From: Alphaproteobacteria bacterium
Lineage (GTDB): Bacteria; Pseudomonadota; Alphaproteobacteria; Bin95
NCBI GenBank assembly: GCA_964291285.2
Contig: OZ219785.1
Coordinates: 1,172,253-1,236,252 of the forward strand
Direction: 5' to 3'
DNA length: 64,000 nucleotides
Shown: in pieces, positions 1 to 12,982 of the stretch
Numbering within the stretch: the first letter of the stretch is position 1
Layout of the letters: the number at the start of each line of letters is the position of its first letter
Program-made: the position numbers and the translations under genes
The notes under the pieces: generated by a model
The model's input: the letters and a program-made list of their open reading frames with translations, nothing else
Told to the model about the DNA's origin: nothing
Database searches by the model: none

Positions 1-391
1 CATGCTTGCAGGCGAGGAACATCGGTTTGACGTTGGCTGTCATCAGCCGGTCCCAATCCGCTTCGTCGAGTTCCACCGGACCGCCGAGCGCCTGAAGGCC
101 GATATTGTTGAAGAGGATGTCGATCCGGCCCCAGGCGCCCGCACAGGCGGCCACCGCCGCCTCGACTTCGGCCGCGACCGACATGTCGGCCTGCCAGGCC
201 CGCGCCTCGCCGCCCTCGGCATGAATCTCCGCCATGGTTTCCTCGGCGGCGGCTACGTTCCGGTCCACGCAGAAGACGCGCGCGCCTTCCCGCGCCATCA
301 GCACCGCGCTCGCCTTGCCGTTGGACCAGCCCTCGGCGATCGATCCCGCCCCGGCGACCAGCGCCGCCTTGCCCGCCAGACGCCCGTCCAT
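1..391 (-). CDS. SDR family oxidoreductase, 5' part (runs off window)
   Basis: Manual translation of minus strand: MDGRLAGKAALVAGAGSIAEGWSNGKASAVLMAREGARV...GRIDILFNNIG; Rossmann glycine motif and NN(A/I)G motif. Confidence 0.85.
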   Translation of the reverse strand, partial: MDGRLAGKAALVAGAGSIAEGWSNGKASAVLMAREGARVFCVDRNVAAAEETMAEIHAEGGEARAWQADMSVAAEVEAAVAACAGAWGRIDILFNNIGLQALGGPVELDEADWDRLMTANVKPMFLACKH

Positions 392-458
392 GCTGCACCC
401 TCCCGCTCCCGCCGCGCCAGTATGGCACGGCGGGAGCGGGGCGCGCACGTCGCGGCGG

Positions 459-776
459 TCAACCGAGCGTGCCGCCCGACCGCATGCGCTGCCGCCGGCG
501 GCACAACAGGAACAGAACGATAGCCAGAGCGCCGGGAACGACCCAGGCAGGCCAGAGCAGCAGCTGCACGAAGGCCGGGTCCCATAGCCAGGGATGCAGG
601 TAGCGCTGGGTGACGGCCTGGGCGAGGTTGAGGCTGCCGCTGTCCAGCGAGAACCAGAGCTGCCCCAGCGCCTGAGGCTGCCAACCGCCTCCAGCCGCAG
701 CCTGCCAGACGTCGCCGCCGAGCGCGATCATCGCGCCGCAGGCGAACAACAGGGCTACGAGACGGCAGACAATCAA
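459..776 (-). CDS. small membrane protein of unknown function
   Basis: 105-aa ORF with two hydrophobic segments and a SLNLAQAVTQRYLHPWLWDP core. Confidence 0.7.
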   Translation of the reverse strand: MIVCRLVALLFACGAMIALGGDVWQAAAGGGWQPQALGQLWFSLDSGSLNLAQAVTQRYLHPWLWDPAFVQLLLWPAWVVPGALAIVLFLLCRRRQRMRSGGTLG

Positions 777-865
777 GGAACCTCTCCGGGAGCCACCCTA
801 GCGACAATGCACACGCTTGCCAAACCCGTTGTGCAATGCAACAACCCCGCGCTCGGAGAAGTGGC

Positions 866-1963
866 ATGCTTGCTGGAATACCGAAGGAAACCGCGCCGCG
901 AGAGCGCCGTGTCGCTGCAACGCCGGACAGCGTGAAGCGGCTGCTGGCGATGGGCTTCGAGGTGCGTGTGGAGCCCGATGTCGGGACGGCTGCGGGCTAC
1001 ACGGACGCCGCCTATGCGGAGGCCGGCGCGGCAATGGATCCCGAGGCTCTCGAAGCGGCGGACCTGGTGCTTGCGGTGCATATGCCGGCGGTCGGGCGGC
1101 TGAAGCGCGGGTCCATGCTGGCGGGCCTGCTCGCGCCCTTCGGCGACGACGATGGCCGGGCCGCGCTTGCCGCGGCGGGCGTCGAGGCGTTCGCGATGGA
1201 ACTCATGCCGCGCATCACCCGCGCGCAGACCATGGATGCGCTTTCGAGCCAGTCCAACCTCGCGGGCTATGCGGCGGTGGTCCGCGCCGCCGACCTCTTC
1301 GGCCGCGCTTTCCCGATGATGGTGACGGCCGCCGGCACCATCGCGCCTGCACGGGTTCTCGTTCTCGGCGCCGGCGTGGCCGGCCTCCAGGCGATCGCGA
1401 CGGCCCGCCGCCTCGGCGCCGTTGTGTCGGCGATGGATGTGCGCCCGGCGGCGCGCGAGCAGGTGGAGAGCCTCGGCGCCAGCTTCATCGAAGTGGACCA
1501 CAGGGAGCCCAGCCTCGCCGAGGACGAAGGCGGTTATGCCCGGGAGATGGGCGAGGACTACAAGCGCGAGCAGGCCGACAAGCTGGCCGAGACGCTCGCG
1601 CGCACGAATATCGTCATCACGACCGCGCAGATTCCCGGCCGGCCCGCGCCGCGCCTGCTCTCGGCGGAGATGGTGCGCGAAATGGCGCCCGGCTCCGTGA
1701 TCATCGACATCGCGGTCGCACAGGGCGGCAATTGCGAGCTGAGCCGCGCGGATCGCATCGTGGAGGAACAGGGAGTGTTTATCGTGGGCGACAGCGACCT
1801 GCCGTCCCGCGTGGCGCAAGACGCAAGCGCCCTCTATGCGCGCAACCTCGTCAATTTTGCGGAACTGCTGGTGGATAAGGAGCAGGGCGCGCTCGCGCCC
1901 GACTACAACGATCCGATCATCTCTGCGACGGCATTGAACCCGAAGGACGCTTCCGATGGCTGA
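866..1963 (+). CDS. pntAA: NAD(P) transhydrogenase alpha subunit, part 1 (domain I)
   Basis: [42 protein letters not shown]; ATG at 866 chosen within ORF 836..1963. Confidence 0.95.
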   Translation: MLAGIPKETAPRERRVAATPDSVKRLLAMGFEVRVEPDVGTAAGYTDAAYAEAGAAMDPEALEAADLVLAVHMPAVGRLKRGSMLAGLLAPFGDDDGRAALAAAGVEAFAMELMPRITRAQTMDALSSQSNLAGYAAVVRAADLFGRAFPMMVTAAGTIAPARVLVLGAGVAGLQAIATARRLGAVVSAMDVRPAAREQVESLGASFIEVDHREPSLAEDEGGYAREMGEDYKREQADKLAETLARTNIVITTAQIPGRPAPRLLSAEMVREMAPGSVIIDIAVAQGGNCELSRADRIVEEQGVFIVGDSDLPSRVAQDASALYARNLVNFAELLVDKEQGALAPDYNDPIISATALNPKDASDG

Positions 1964-2372
1964 ACCCCTGAACCGGGACGCGGCGGCGATTGCCGACCGC
2001 GCCGGCCAGCTTGCCGACGAAGCGCAGCGGCTGGCGGCCGAAGCGGCCGACCTCGCCCATCGCGCGGCCCAGGCGGACGCGCCCGCGACCGATCCCATCC
2101 TGTTCGGCCTCACCGTGTTCGCGCTTGCCTGTTTCGTCGGCTATTACGTCGTCTGGAAGGTGACGCCGGCGCTGCATGCCCCGCTGATGTCGGTCGCCAA
2201 CGCGATTTCCGGCGTGGTCGTGCTCGGGGCGATGATCGCCGCCGGCCCCGCCATCTTCGGCGTCTCCAAGCTGCTGGGCTTCGTCGCCGTCGTGGTCGCT
2301 TCCGTCAATATCTTCGGCGGCTTCATCATCACCCAGAGAATGCTCCAGATGTACCGCAAGAAGGACGGCTGA
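1956..2372 (+). CDS. pntAB: NAD(P) transhydrogenase alpha subunit, part 2 (membrane)
   Basis: [31 protein letters not shown]; overlaps pntAA stop. Confidence 0.95.
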   Translation: MAEPLNRDAAAIADRAGQLADEAQRLAAEAADLAHRAAQADAPATDPILFGLTVFALACFVGYYVVWKVTPALHAPLMSVANAISGVVVLGAMIAAGPAIFGVSKLLGFVAVVVASVNIFGGFIITQRMLQMYRKKDG

Positions 2373-2376
2373 GGGG

Positions 2377-3768
2377 ATGGAAGCCTCGATAGCATCCTTC
2401 GCCTACCTGGTGGCAGCCGTCTGCTTCATCCTGGGAATCCGGGGCCTCGCCTCCCCGGAGACCGCGCGCCAGGGGAACTGGATCGCCATCGCCGGCATGG
2501 CGATTGCCATCGGCGCCACGCTGCTCCGCCCGCAGATCGTCACATTCGAACTGGTGCTGGGCGGCATCGTCATCGGCGGCGCCATCGGCACGGTGATCGC
2601 GCTCAGGGTCAAGATCACGGACCTGCCGCAGCTGGTCGCGATCTTCAACAGCTTGGTCGGCCTCGCGGCGGTGCTGATCGCTGCCGCCGCCCTGGAAAGC
2701 CCGAGCCTCTACGGCATCCCGGTCGAGGGCGGGCTCGCGACCCACAGCCTCGTCGAGATCATGGCATCGACCGCCATCGGCGCCGTCACCTTCACGGGCT
2801 CGGTCGTCGCGTTCGCAAAACTGCACGGGCTGATGCAGAGCGCGCCCATCACCTTCACCGGCCAGCGGGCGGTCAACGCCTTCGTCGGGCTGATCGTGCT
2901 GATGGCGGCGCTCGCCTTCGCCGGCTGGGGCACGGCGGGGCTCTTCTGGGCGCTCGCGCTCGCGGCGCTGGTCTGGGGCGTGCTGGTGGTCATTCCCATC
3001 GGCGGGGCGGACATGCCGGTCGTGATCTCGGTGCTGAACTCGGCCTCCGGCTGGGCCTCCTGCGGCATCGGCTTCACGCTCGACAACCCGCTGATGATCA
3101 TTACCGGGGCGCTGGTCGGCGCGTCGGGGGCGATCCTCTCCTACATCATGTGCAGGGGCATGAACCGCTCGCTTACCCATGTGCTGCTGGGCGGCTTCGG
3201 CGGCGAGACCGACGGGCCGACCGGGGAAGCCGCCGACCGGGGGCCGGTGAAGGCGGGCAATGCCGACGACGCCGCCTTCATGCTGAGAAATGCCGGCTCC
3301 GTGGTCATCGTGCCGGGCTACGGCATGGCCGTGGCCCAGGCCCAGCACGCGCTGCGCGAAATGGTCGATCTGCTGGAAGGCGAGGGCGTGCGGGTGCGAT
3401 ATGCGATCCACCCGGTCGCGGGGCGGATGCCGGGGCACATGAACGTGCTGCTGGCCGAGGCCAACGTCCCCTATGACAAGGTGGTCGAGATGGAGGCCAT
3501 CAACCGCGACTTCCCCTCGACCGACATTGCCTTCGTGATCGGCGCCAACGACATCACCAACCCGTCCGCGCGCAACGATACGTCCAGCCCGATCTACGGC
3601 ATGCCCGTGCTGGAGGTGGACCGGGCGCGGATGGTCATGTTCGTCAAGCGGTCGATGGCGAGCGGCTATGCGGGCGTGGATAACCCGCTGTTCTTCAACG
3701 AGAATACGATGATGCTGTTCGGCGACGCCAAGGCGATGTGCGAAGGCATCATCAAGTCCCTGGAATAG
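2377..3768 (+). CDS. pntB: NAD(P) transhydrogenase beta subunit
   Basis: IGGADMPVVIS, PGYGMAVAQAQH, HPVAGRMPGHMNVLLAEA. Confidence 0.97.
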   Translation: MEASIASFAYLVAAVCFILGIRGLASPETARQGNWIAIAGMAIAIGATLLRPQIVTFELVLGGIVIGGAIGTVIALRVKITDLPQLVAIFNSLVGLAAVLIAAAALESPSLYGIPVEGGLATHSLVEIMASTAIGAVTFTGSVVAFAKLHGLMQSAPITFTGQRAVNAFVGLIVLMAALAFAGWGTAGLFWALALAALVWGVLVVIPIGGADMPVVISVLNSASGWASCGIGFTLDNPLMIITGALVGASGAILSYIMCRGMNRSLTHVLLGGFGGETDGPTGEAADRGPVKAGNADDAAFMLRNAGSVVIVPGYGMAVAQAQHALREMVDLLEGEGVRVRYAIHPVAGRMPGHMNVLLAEANVPYDKVVEMEAINRDFPSTDIAFVIGANDITNPSARNDTSSPIYGMPVLEVDRARMVMFVKRSMASGYAGVDNPLFFNENTMMLFGDAKAMCEGIIKSLE

Positions 3769-3782
3769 AGGGCGCGGACTCC

Positions 3783-4808
3783 ATGACACGCATCGTGAAG
3801 ATCGCCCAGTGGGGCGAGCCGGTCGAGGTGGACGACGACCAGACGCTGCTGGAAGCGGCGCTGGAGCAGGGCGTGCCCTATCCGCACGGTTGCCGGTCGG
3901 GCAATTGCGGCGCCTGCAAGAGCCGGCTCTATGCGGGCAGCGTGGAGATGGAGCCCTATTCCGACTTCGCGCTGACGGACGAGGAAAAGGAGAGCGGGTT
4001 CGTGCTCGCCTGCCGCTCGCACCCGCAGGAGAACCTCGAGGTCGCATGGCTCAACGACGACGAGGAGACGGTCGCCCATCCGCTGCGCCGCTTCGAGGCG
4101 ACGATCGCCGAACGCACCGAGATGACGCATGACATCGTCCGGCTCAGGCTCGCCGTGCCGGAGGGCGTCGATTTCGCCTATACCGCCGGCCAGTACGCCG
4201 CGCTCGCCTTCGCCGGCCGGCCGGCGCGCGATTACTCCATGGCGACGGGTCCCGGCGGCGGCATGCTCGAATTCCATATCCGCGCGATGGACGACGGCGA
4301 GGTGTCCAACTTCGTCCGGGACGAGATATCCGAGGGCGACAGGGTTGCGGTCGAGGGGCCTTACGGCGCCGCCTATCTGCGCGAGGCGCATCGCGGGCCG
4401 ATCCTCGCCATTGCCGGCGGCTCGGGTCTGGCGCCCGTCAAGGCGATCGTGGAGACGGCGCTCGCCAGGGACATGCCGCAGCCCATCTACTTCTACTTCG
4501 GCGTGCGCGGCGAACGCGACGTCTATCTCGAACAGGAACTCGCCGGCCTGGCGTCGAAGCACGAGCGGCTTCGCGTCCAGATCGTGCTGTCGGAGCCGGA
4601 GGGCGGCACGGACCGGCGCACGGGCTTCGTGCATGAGGCGGTGGCGGCCGACTTCGACGATCTCGACGGCTGCAAGGCCTATCTCGCCGGACCGCCGGTG
4701 ATGGTCGAGGCGGCGACCGAAATGCTGGAGATCCGCGACATGCGCCCGGAGGACATCCACGCCGACGCCTTCTATACCGAAGCGGAGAAGGCCGCGCTCA
4801 ATGGCTGA
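3783..4808 (+). CDS. 2Fe-2S ferredoxin / FAD-NAD(P)-binding oxidoreductase
   Basis: CRSGNCGAC...LAC 2Fe-2S motif, RDYS FAD motif, AGGSGLAP, YLAGPPVM. Confidence 0.9.
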   Translation: MTRIVKIAQWGEPVEVDDDQTLLEAALEQGVPYPHGCRSGNCGACKSRLYAGSVEMEPYSDFALTDEEKESGFVLACRSHPQENLEVAWLNDDEETVAHPLRRFEATIAERTEMTHDIVRLRLAVPEGVDFAYTAGQYAALAFAGRPARDYSMATGPGGGMLEFHIRAMDDGEVSNFVRDEISEGDRVAVEGPYGAAYLREAHRGPILAIAGGSGLAPVKAIVETALARDMPQPIYFYFGVRGERDVYLEQELAGLASKHERLRVQIVLSEPEGGTDRRTGFVHEAVAADFDDLDGCKAYLAGPPVMVEAATEMLEIRDMRPEDIHADAFYTEAEKAALNG

Positions 4809-5610
4809 CCGGCTCAGAATCGCAAGCTGGAACGTGAACTCCGTCCGGCTGCGCATCGACGGCGTCGAGCGCCTGGCGGCCGAGCGCGCGCCCGACGTGC
4901 TCTGCCTTCAGGAGGTCAAGGTCGAGAGCGACCGCTTTCCGGTCGAGCCCTTCCATGCGCTCGGCTACCGCCATTCGGTGCTCTACGGCATCAAGGCCTA
5001 TCACGGCGTTGCGATCTTGTCGCGGCTCCCCATCGAGGAGGGCGGCACGCGCGACTGGTGCGGGCGCTCGGACGGGCGCCACGCCTTCGCCACCGTGGCG
5101 GGCGTCGAAATCCACAATTTCTACGTGCCGGCCGGCGGCGACGAGCCGGACCCGGAGGTCAACGACAAGTTCGCCCACAAGCTGCAGTTTCTTCAGGAGA
5201 TGACCGGCTGGTGGCGGGACCGGCGCGACGGCGGCGCGCGCCGGGTGATGGTCGGCGACCTCAATATCGCGCCGCTCGAGACCGATGTCTGGTCGCACCG
5301 CCAGCTCCTCAAGGTGGTCAGCCACACGCCCGTCGAGGTGGAGCATCTGGCGGCGGTGCAGGCGTCGCACGACTGGACCGATGTCGTGCGCCGCTTCATC
5401 CCGCCGGAGCAGAAGCTCTACAGCTGGTGGAGCTACCGGGCGCGCGACTGGTCCGCCTCCGACCGCGGCCGGCGCCTCGACCATATCTGGGCGACGCCGG
5501 CGCTCTCGAACGCACTGGCGGGCGCGGAAGTGCTGCGCGAGGCGCGCGGCTGGCAGCGCCCCTCCGACCACGCGCCGGTCATCGCCGATTTCGACCTGTC
5601 CGCGGTTTAG
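4801..5610 (+). CDS. xth: exodeoxyribonuclease III
   Basis: SWNVNSVR, CLQEVK, GDLNIAP, YSWWSYR, RLDHIW, SDHAPV. Confidence 0.93.
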   Translation: MADRLRIASWNVNSVRLRIDGVERLAAERAPDVLCLQEVKVESDRFPVEPFHALGYRHSVLYGIKAYHGVAILSRLPIEEGGTRDWCGRSDGRHAFATVAGVEIHNFYVPAGGDEPDPEVNDKFAHKLQFLQEMTGWWRDRRDGGARRVMVGDLNIAPLETDVWSHRQLLKVVSHTPVEVEHLAAVQASHDWTDVVRRFIPPEQKLYSWWSYRARDWSASDRGRRLDHIWATPALSNALAGAEVLREARGWQRPSDHAPVIADFDLSAV

Positions 5611-5671
5611 GCAGGCGCTTGCGACAATCCGCTTGATGAGATTGCGGACAATCTCGTTTACATTGGGGCCT

Positions 5672-5718
5672 TGGCTACATATAGTGTACGCTGAAGCGTT
5701 GGATGCTACAGGTTGATG
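5672..5718. promoter_or_regulatory. tandem NrdR-box-like sites upstream of pyrD
   Basis: tggCTACATATAGtgt (5672-5687) and atgCTACAGGTTGatg (5703-5718), 31 bp apart; resemble NrdR consensus acaCwAtATaTwGtgt. Confidence 0.5.
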
Positions 5719-5761
5719 TTCTGGGCGTCCTGACGCGCTTCTGACTGGAGTATGGGACGCG

Positions 5762-6817
5762 GTGTACCATCTGTGGCCGCCCAGCAGGGTGCTTCACCTG
5801 CTGCCGCCTGAAAAAGCGCACAATGCAGCGCTTCGGCTCCTCCAATTTTCCCCTCTCCGCCTGCGGCCTCCGGCGCTGCCCGTGCGCAGCGCGGGCATCG
5901 AAGCCGCCAACCCGGTCGGCCTGGCTGCCGGCTTCGACCGGCATGGAGAGGTCGTCCGGGGTGCGCTCGGTCTCGGGTTCGGCTTCGTCGAGATCGGAGG
6001 CGTCACCCCGAAACCGCAGCCGGGCAATCCGCAGCCCCGCCTGTTCCGGCTTGCCGCTGACCGGGCCGTCATCAACCGCATGGGCTTCTACAGCCACGGC
6101 GCGGCCGCCGTCGCCCGGCGGCTGGAACGCTACCGGGACCGGGGCGGCAGGGGCACGGTCGGCGTCAATCTCGCCATGAACAAGACCAGCGGGGACGCCG
6201 CCGGGGATTATGCCGCGGTGGCGCGCGCGGTGGCGGGCCTCGCCGACTTCGTCACCGTCAACGTGTCGTCTCCCAATACGCCGGGCCTGCGCGCGCTGCA
6301 GACGGAAGGCGAGCTTCGCCGCATCGTCGAGCGCGTGCGCAAGGCCGCGCCGTCGGGCACGGCGCTCTGGGTCAAGCTCTGCCCGGATCTGGACAGGGCG
6401 CACCGCATGGCGCTGGGGCAGGCGCTGGCGACGATGCCCGTCGATGGCGTCGTCGTCTCCAATACGACCGTCTCCAGGCCCGCCGGGCTCCGCTCGCCGG
6501 AATGCGGGGAGGAGGGCGGCCTCAGCGGTCCGCCGCTGAAGGCGCTCGCCACGGAGGCCCTGCGCGATATCCGGGCCGCGACCGACGGCAGGATCGACCT
6601 GATCGGGGTCGGCGGCATCGGGAATGCGGAAGATGCGCTGGAGAGGATCGAAGCCGGCGCGTCGCTGGTGCAGTTCAACACCGCGCTCATCTACGGCGGC
6701 AGCCTGCTGCCATACCGGATCGCGCGCGATCTCGCTCGCAGCCTGGAACCCGCCCGCCAAACCAGGCCGGAAGCCGGGGCGCCGGTGCCGGCCTACCCCT
6801 CCGTCGCGCCGCAATAG
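5762..6817 (+). CDS. pyrD: quinone-dependent dihydroorotate dehydrogenase
   Basis: NPVGLAAGFD, PQPGNPQPRLFRL, VNVSSPNTPGLR, GGLSG, GVGGI; GTG start. Confidence 0.93.
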   Translation: MYHLWPPSRVLHLLPPEKAHNAALRLLQFSPLRLRPPALPVRSAGIEAANPVGLAAGFDRHGEVVRGALGLGFGFVEIGGVTPKPQPGNPQPRLFRLAADRAVINRMGFYSHGAAAVARRLERYRDRGGRGTVGVNLAMNKTSGDAAGDYAAVARAVAGLADFVTVNVSSPNTPGLRALQTEGELRRIVERVRKAAPSGTALWVKLCPDLDRAHRMALGQALATMPVDGVVVSNTTVSRPAGLRSPECGEEGGLSGPPLKALATEALRDIRAATDGRIDLIGVGGIGNAEDALERIEAGASLVQFNTALIYGGSLLPYRIARDLARSLEPARQTRPEAGAPVPAYPSVAPQ

Positions 6818-6832
6818 CGCCGGACACAGGCC

Positions 6833-7699
6833 GTGAGCGCCACCGGAATCGTGCCCGGCCTTGCGCCGCTGGCAGACCGCTACGACGCCTATCTCGTCGA
6901 CCTCTGGGGCTGCCTGCATGACGGCGTCCAGCCCTTCCCGGCGGCGCTCGATGCGCTGGAACGGCTGCGCGCCGGCGGCGGCAGGCGGGTCTGCTTCCTC
7001 TCCAACGGCCCGCGCCGGATCGCCTCGCTCATCCGCCGCCTCGACGATATGGGCGTACCGCGCGGCCTCTACGATGCGGTCATGTCGTCCGGCGAGTCTG
7101 CCTGGGCCGCGCTGAAGCACCGCAGCGACCCCTGGCATGCGCGCCTCGGCCCGCGCTGCCTGCATATCGGGCCGGAGCGCGACAACGATGTGCGCGAGGG
7201 CAACGGCCTCGACATCGTGGACCGGGTCGAGGACGCCGACTTCATCCTCTGCACCGGCATAGACGGCTGGGACGAGACCGTGGAGGACTACGAGCCGCTG
7301 CTGGCGGCGGGCGCGGCGCGCTCCCTCCCGATGGTCTGCGCCAATCCGGACCTCGTGGTGCATATCGGCGACAGGCTCTCGCTCTGCGCGGGCTCGCTGG
7401 CCGTCCGCTATGTCGAGCTCGGCGGCGACGTCGCCTGGCACGGCAAGCCGGACGGGGCGGTGTTCGCCCGCGCGATGGCTGCTCTCGGCGATCCCGACAA
7501 GGGGCGCACGCTGATGATCGGCGACGGGCTCAGGACGGATGTCGCCGGCGGCAACGCCTTCGGCATCGACACGCTCTTCCTCTCCGGCGGCATCCACGAG
7601 GAGGAGGTGGGCGCGTCGCCCGACCCGGCGCGCTTGGAAGCCCGCTCAGCCGAACTCGGCGTCCGCCCGACCTGGGCGACGGCGGCGCTCCGCTGGTAG
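6833..7699 (+). CDS. HAD subfamily IIA hydrolase (TIGR01459-like)
   Basis: DLWGCLHDG, LSN, CANPD, GKP, IGDGLRTDVAG. Confidence 0.9.
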   Translation: MSATGIVPGLAPLADRYDAYLVDLWGCLHDGVQPFPAALDALERLRAGGGRRVCFLSNGPRRIASLIRRLDDMGVPRGLYDAVMSSGESAWAALKHRSDPWHARLGPRCLHIGPERDNDVREGNGLDIVDRVEDADFILCTGIDGWDETVEDYEPLLAAGAARSLPMVCANPDLVVHIGDRLSLCAGSLAVRYVELGGDVAWHGKPDGAVFARAMAALGDPDKGRTLMIGDGLRTDVAGGNAFGIDTLFLSGGIHEEEVGASPDPARLEARSAELGVRPTWATAALRW

Positions 7700-7711
7700 G
7701 AGGATTCCGTC

Positions 7712-8083
7712 CTACTCGTCGGCGCGGAAATTGAGCTCGATCAGGACTTCGTTCGGGTCGCGGACGAAGATCTGGCGGAGCTTGCCGCCCGGCACCACGC
7801 GGGTCTCGTGCTCGTAGCCCTTGTCGCCGAGGAAGGCGGTGTAGCGGTCGAAGCCTTCCGCCGCGAAGGCCACATGGTCGATGCAGCCCGAGCCGGACTT
7901 CTCCTGCTCGTCCACGCCGATCAGGTGGATGACCGCCTCCGGGCCGCAATAGAGCCACGCGCCGGGGAAATCGAAATTCGGCCGGTCGCCATTCTCGAAG
8001 CCCAGAATGTCCTCGTAGAAGGCGACCGTCTCGTCGAGCTTGTCCGTCATGATGTTGACGTGCTGGAGCATGGTGAGCGTCAT
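7712..8083 (-). CDS. VOC/glyoxalase family protein
   Basis: LQHVNI..FYEDILGF..RPNFDFPGAWLY..IDHVAF..QIFVRDPNEVLIELNF; AAGGAGG RBS before ATG at 8083. Confidence 0.88.
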   Translation of the reverse strand: MTLTMLQHVNIMTDKLDETVAFYEDILGFENGDRPNFDFPGAWLYCGPEAVIHLIGVDEQEKSGSGCIDHVAFAAEGFDRYTAFLGDKGYEHETRVVPGGKLRQIFVRDPNEVLIELNFRADE

Positions 8084-8097
8084 GGATGCTGCCTCCT

Positions 8098-9612
8098 TCA
8101 GGCTTGGCTCGGCAGGTTTGAGGGGATGTCGGGGTCGAGAGGATAGATCGGGCGGCGCAGCTTCTTCCAGGGGAACAGGCTGTAGTCCGACGTCGTCGTT
8201 CCCGGTCCGGCAAGCATCACGATCTCGCGCGCCATCGGCTCGAACCCGGCGCGGAAATGCTGGCGCGACTTGATGAGCACATAGCGCTTGGCGGCCGGGT
8301 CGATGCCGCAATGGGTGAAGCAGCCGGTATCGAACGGCTCGTAGCGGTCTTCGGAGACGACGATCTCGGCCGCGCCCGTGTCCAGCACGACGGTGCGCCC
8401 GAGGGAGAGGCGCACGCCGGTGAACATCGGCCCGGTGACGGTGAACTCGCCGTCGGTGATCCGGCGCACCCGGCCGCGAAGGCGGAGCGGCTCGCCCTTT
8501 AGCTCCATGGCCGGCATGTCGGTCTTGCCGCCGATCTCGACCTCGACCTCGGCCCCGACGCCGGCGGCGATCAGCTCCGCCACCGCCTCCGGGTCCGCGA
8601 AGGGTCCCGCGACCATGTCCGTCAGGCCCTGCCGCAGGCATTCCCGGAGGGCGGCCATCACATCCTGGTTGCCGCCGGACCCGGTATTGTCGCCGTGATC
8701 GACCAGCAGCACGGGGCCGTCTCCATCGGACATGGCGGCGGCGCGCGCGATCGAGTCCGGCATGTCCTCGATCTCGAACAGGAAATCGGCGCGCTTCTCC
8801 CAGGCCTCGCCCATCAGGTCGAGCACCAGGCGTTCCGCCCTGTCCGCCGGCCCCTGCACCACGGCGGAGATGCCCACATGTTCGATATCGGCGAGCGGGA
8901 AGCACCCGAACACCGAGGCCAGCAGCACTTCGCCCCCGTCTTCGGCGGCGCTGGCGCGGTCCATGATCGCCTGCATGGGCGGGCGCGAGGGCGAATGCAC
9001 GTTCATGTGCGGCAGCAGCGGCAGGGAATGCCAGGCGGTCGCCGCAGCCGCGCCGTTCATGGCCTTGAGCAGCGCCTCGCCGGCCCGCATGCCGGTCTCG
9101 TGCATGTCGATATGCGGATAGGTGCGGTAGCCGGCGAGCACCGTCGGCAGCAGCGCAAGGTCGCGCGTCAGGTTGGTGTGGAAGTCGAGCGCGACCGCAA
9201 CCGGCAGGTCCGGCGCCTCGGCCCGGATGCGGCGCAGCAGTTCGCCCTCGCCGTCGTCGAAGCCCTCCGTCACCATCGCGCCGTGCAGGTCGAGGAAGAG
9301 CGCGTCGCAGCCCTCCCGGACCGCTTCCAGCACGGCGTCGGCGACGAGGTCGAGAATGTCGTCCGGCGCCGGGGCGCTCGGGTGCGCGTTCGCGGCAACC
9401 GGCACGGCGAGCGCCGCGCCCTCGCGCTCGGCAATGTCGATATAGGCGGCGAGCGGGTTGTTGGTGCCCCGATAGACGCGCACCGCCTCCCCGCCCCGCG
9501 CCGGCCCGTCGGTCGATCCCACCCGCCCGAAGGCTGCGACGGGCGTGGGAACCGGCGAGAAGCTGTTGGTCTCATGGCGCATCAGCGCCGCGACGAAGCG
9601 TTTGCGGCTCAT
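8098..9612 (-). CDS. M81 family metallopeptidase (MlrC-like)
   Basis: HETNSFSP, LDLHGAM, LDFHTN, YRTYPHID, DNTGSGG, KSRQHFRAGF. Confidence 0.9.
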   Translation of the reverse strand: MSRKRFVAALMRHETNSFSPVPTPVAAFGRVGSTDGPARGGEAVRVYRGTNNPLAAYIDIAEREGAALAVPVAANAHPSAPAPDDILDLVADAVLEAVREGCDALFLDLHGAMVTEGFDDGEGELLRRIRAEAPDLPVAVALDFHTNLTRDLALLPTVLAGYRTYPHIDMHETGMRAGEALLKAMNGAAAATAWHSLPLLPHMNVHSPSRPPMQAIMDRASAAEDGGEVLLASVFGCFPLADIEHVGISAVVQGPADRAERLVLDLMGEAWEKRADFLFEIEDMPDSIARAAAMSDGDGPVLLVDHGDNTGSGGNQDVMAALRECLRQGLTDMVAGPFADPEAVAELIAAGVGAEVEVEIGGKTDMPAMELKGEPLRLRGRVRRITDGEFTVTGPMFTGVRLSLGRTVVLDTGAAEIVVSEDRYEPFDTGCFTHCGIDPAAKRYVLIKSRQHFRAGFEPMAREIVMLAGPGTTTSDYSLFPWKKLRRPIYPLDPDIPSNLPSQA

Positions 9613-9686
9613 GGCGCGCCATTCTGTCGGAAGGGGTCAGGCATGGCAAAGCGGGCGGCGCAGCTCCCGGCTTTCTCCGTCCGCTC

Positions 9687-12140
<2,454 letters not shown>

Positions 12141-12982
12141 AGGCCCGCCGCGGCGCCTTGCTCCTCCCCGCCATTGCCGTCTCCGCCTCCGCCGGCCTGT
12201 GCGGCCAGGGCTTTCTGCCGCCTCTTTTCCCGCCTCTTCCTCTTCCTCCTGCGCGCCTCGCGGCGGTCCTGCCGTTCGACCCAGGCGTGGAACTCGGGCG
12301 TGCCCTGTCTGCCGGTCCAGACCGCGCCGAGGTAATGGAATTCGTCCCGTTCGGGTTGCGGCAGGCGCCTGGCGCTCCAGTCGAGCCGGGCGAGGAGCTG
12401 TCCGAGATGGGCGAGGCGGGCGCGACCGGCGCGGTGGTATTCGGCGCGGGCGCGGTCGTCCGCGGACGGCGGTCCGGCGTTTATGTCCTCCGCACAGGCT
12501 TCGGCAAGGGCTTCGGCGGCGGGGGCGAGGCGCTCCAGCGGCATCGCCGCCAGTCGGGGACGGGGGTCGGTTTCGGTCATCCATGCCTCCTTCGGGGCAA
12601 AGGGCGGGACGGGGTGTCCCTGTTTCGCGCGTAATGCGTGCGCGTATCGCGGCGGCGCGGTTTGCGCGCCTGACCGCCCGCGCGCCCGTGCGCGCGGCAG
12701 CGGGTCGGGCAGAGGGCGCAGCTTTCCCGTCCGCTTGCGCCGGGGGTTTGCGGCCCCCGGCCATGGCCTTCTGCAGAAAAGCGGAAAGGCGGCCCCGGGG
12801 AGCCGCCTCTCTGTGCCTATTCTACACCAGTTCGCTGAAAGTCAAGCCCATACGGGAACGAAAAATGACAATATCGGGCAACTTTCCCACAACCCATTGA
12901 ACCGGCGGTGCAATCTCATGCCGGCGTCCTCGCTTCGGGCATGACGGGAAGAAGACATGAGTTCCAAATCGAGGCCGCCGGA

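Noticed and set aside
866-3768. Split pntA as a broken gene
   Set aside because: Three-subunit transhydrogenase is the established Rhodospirillum-type organisation
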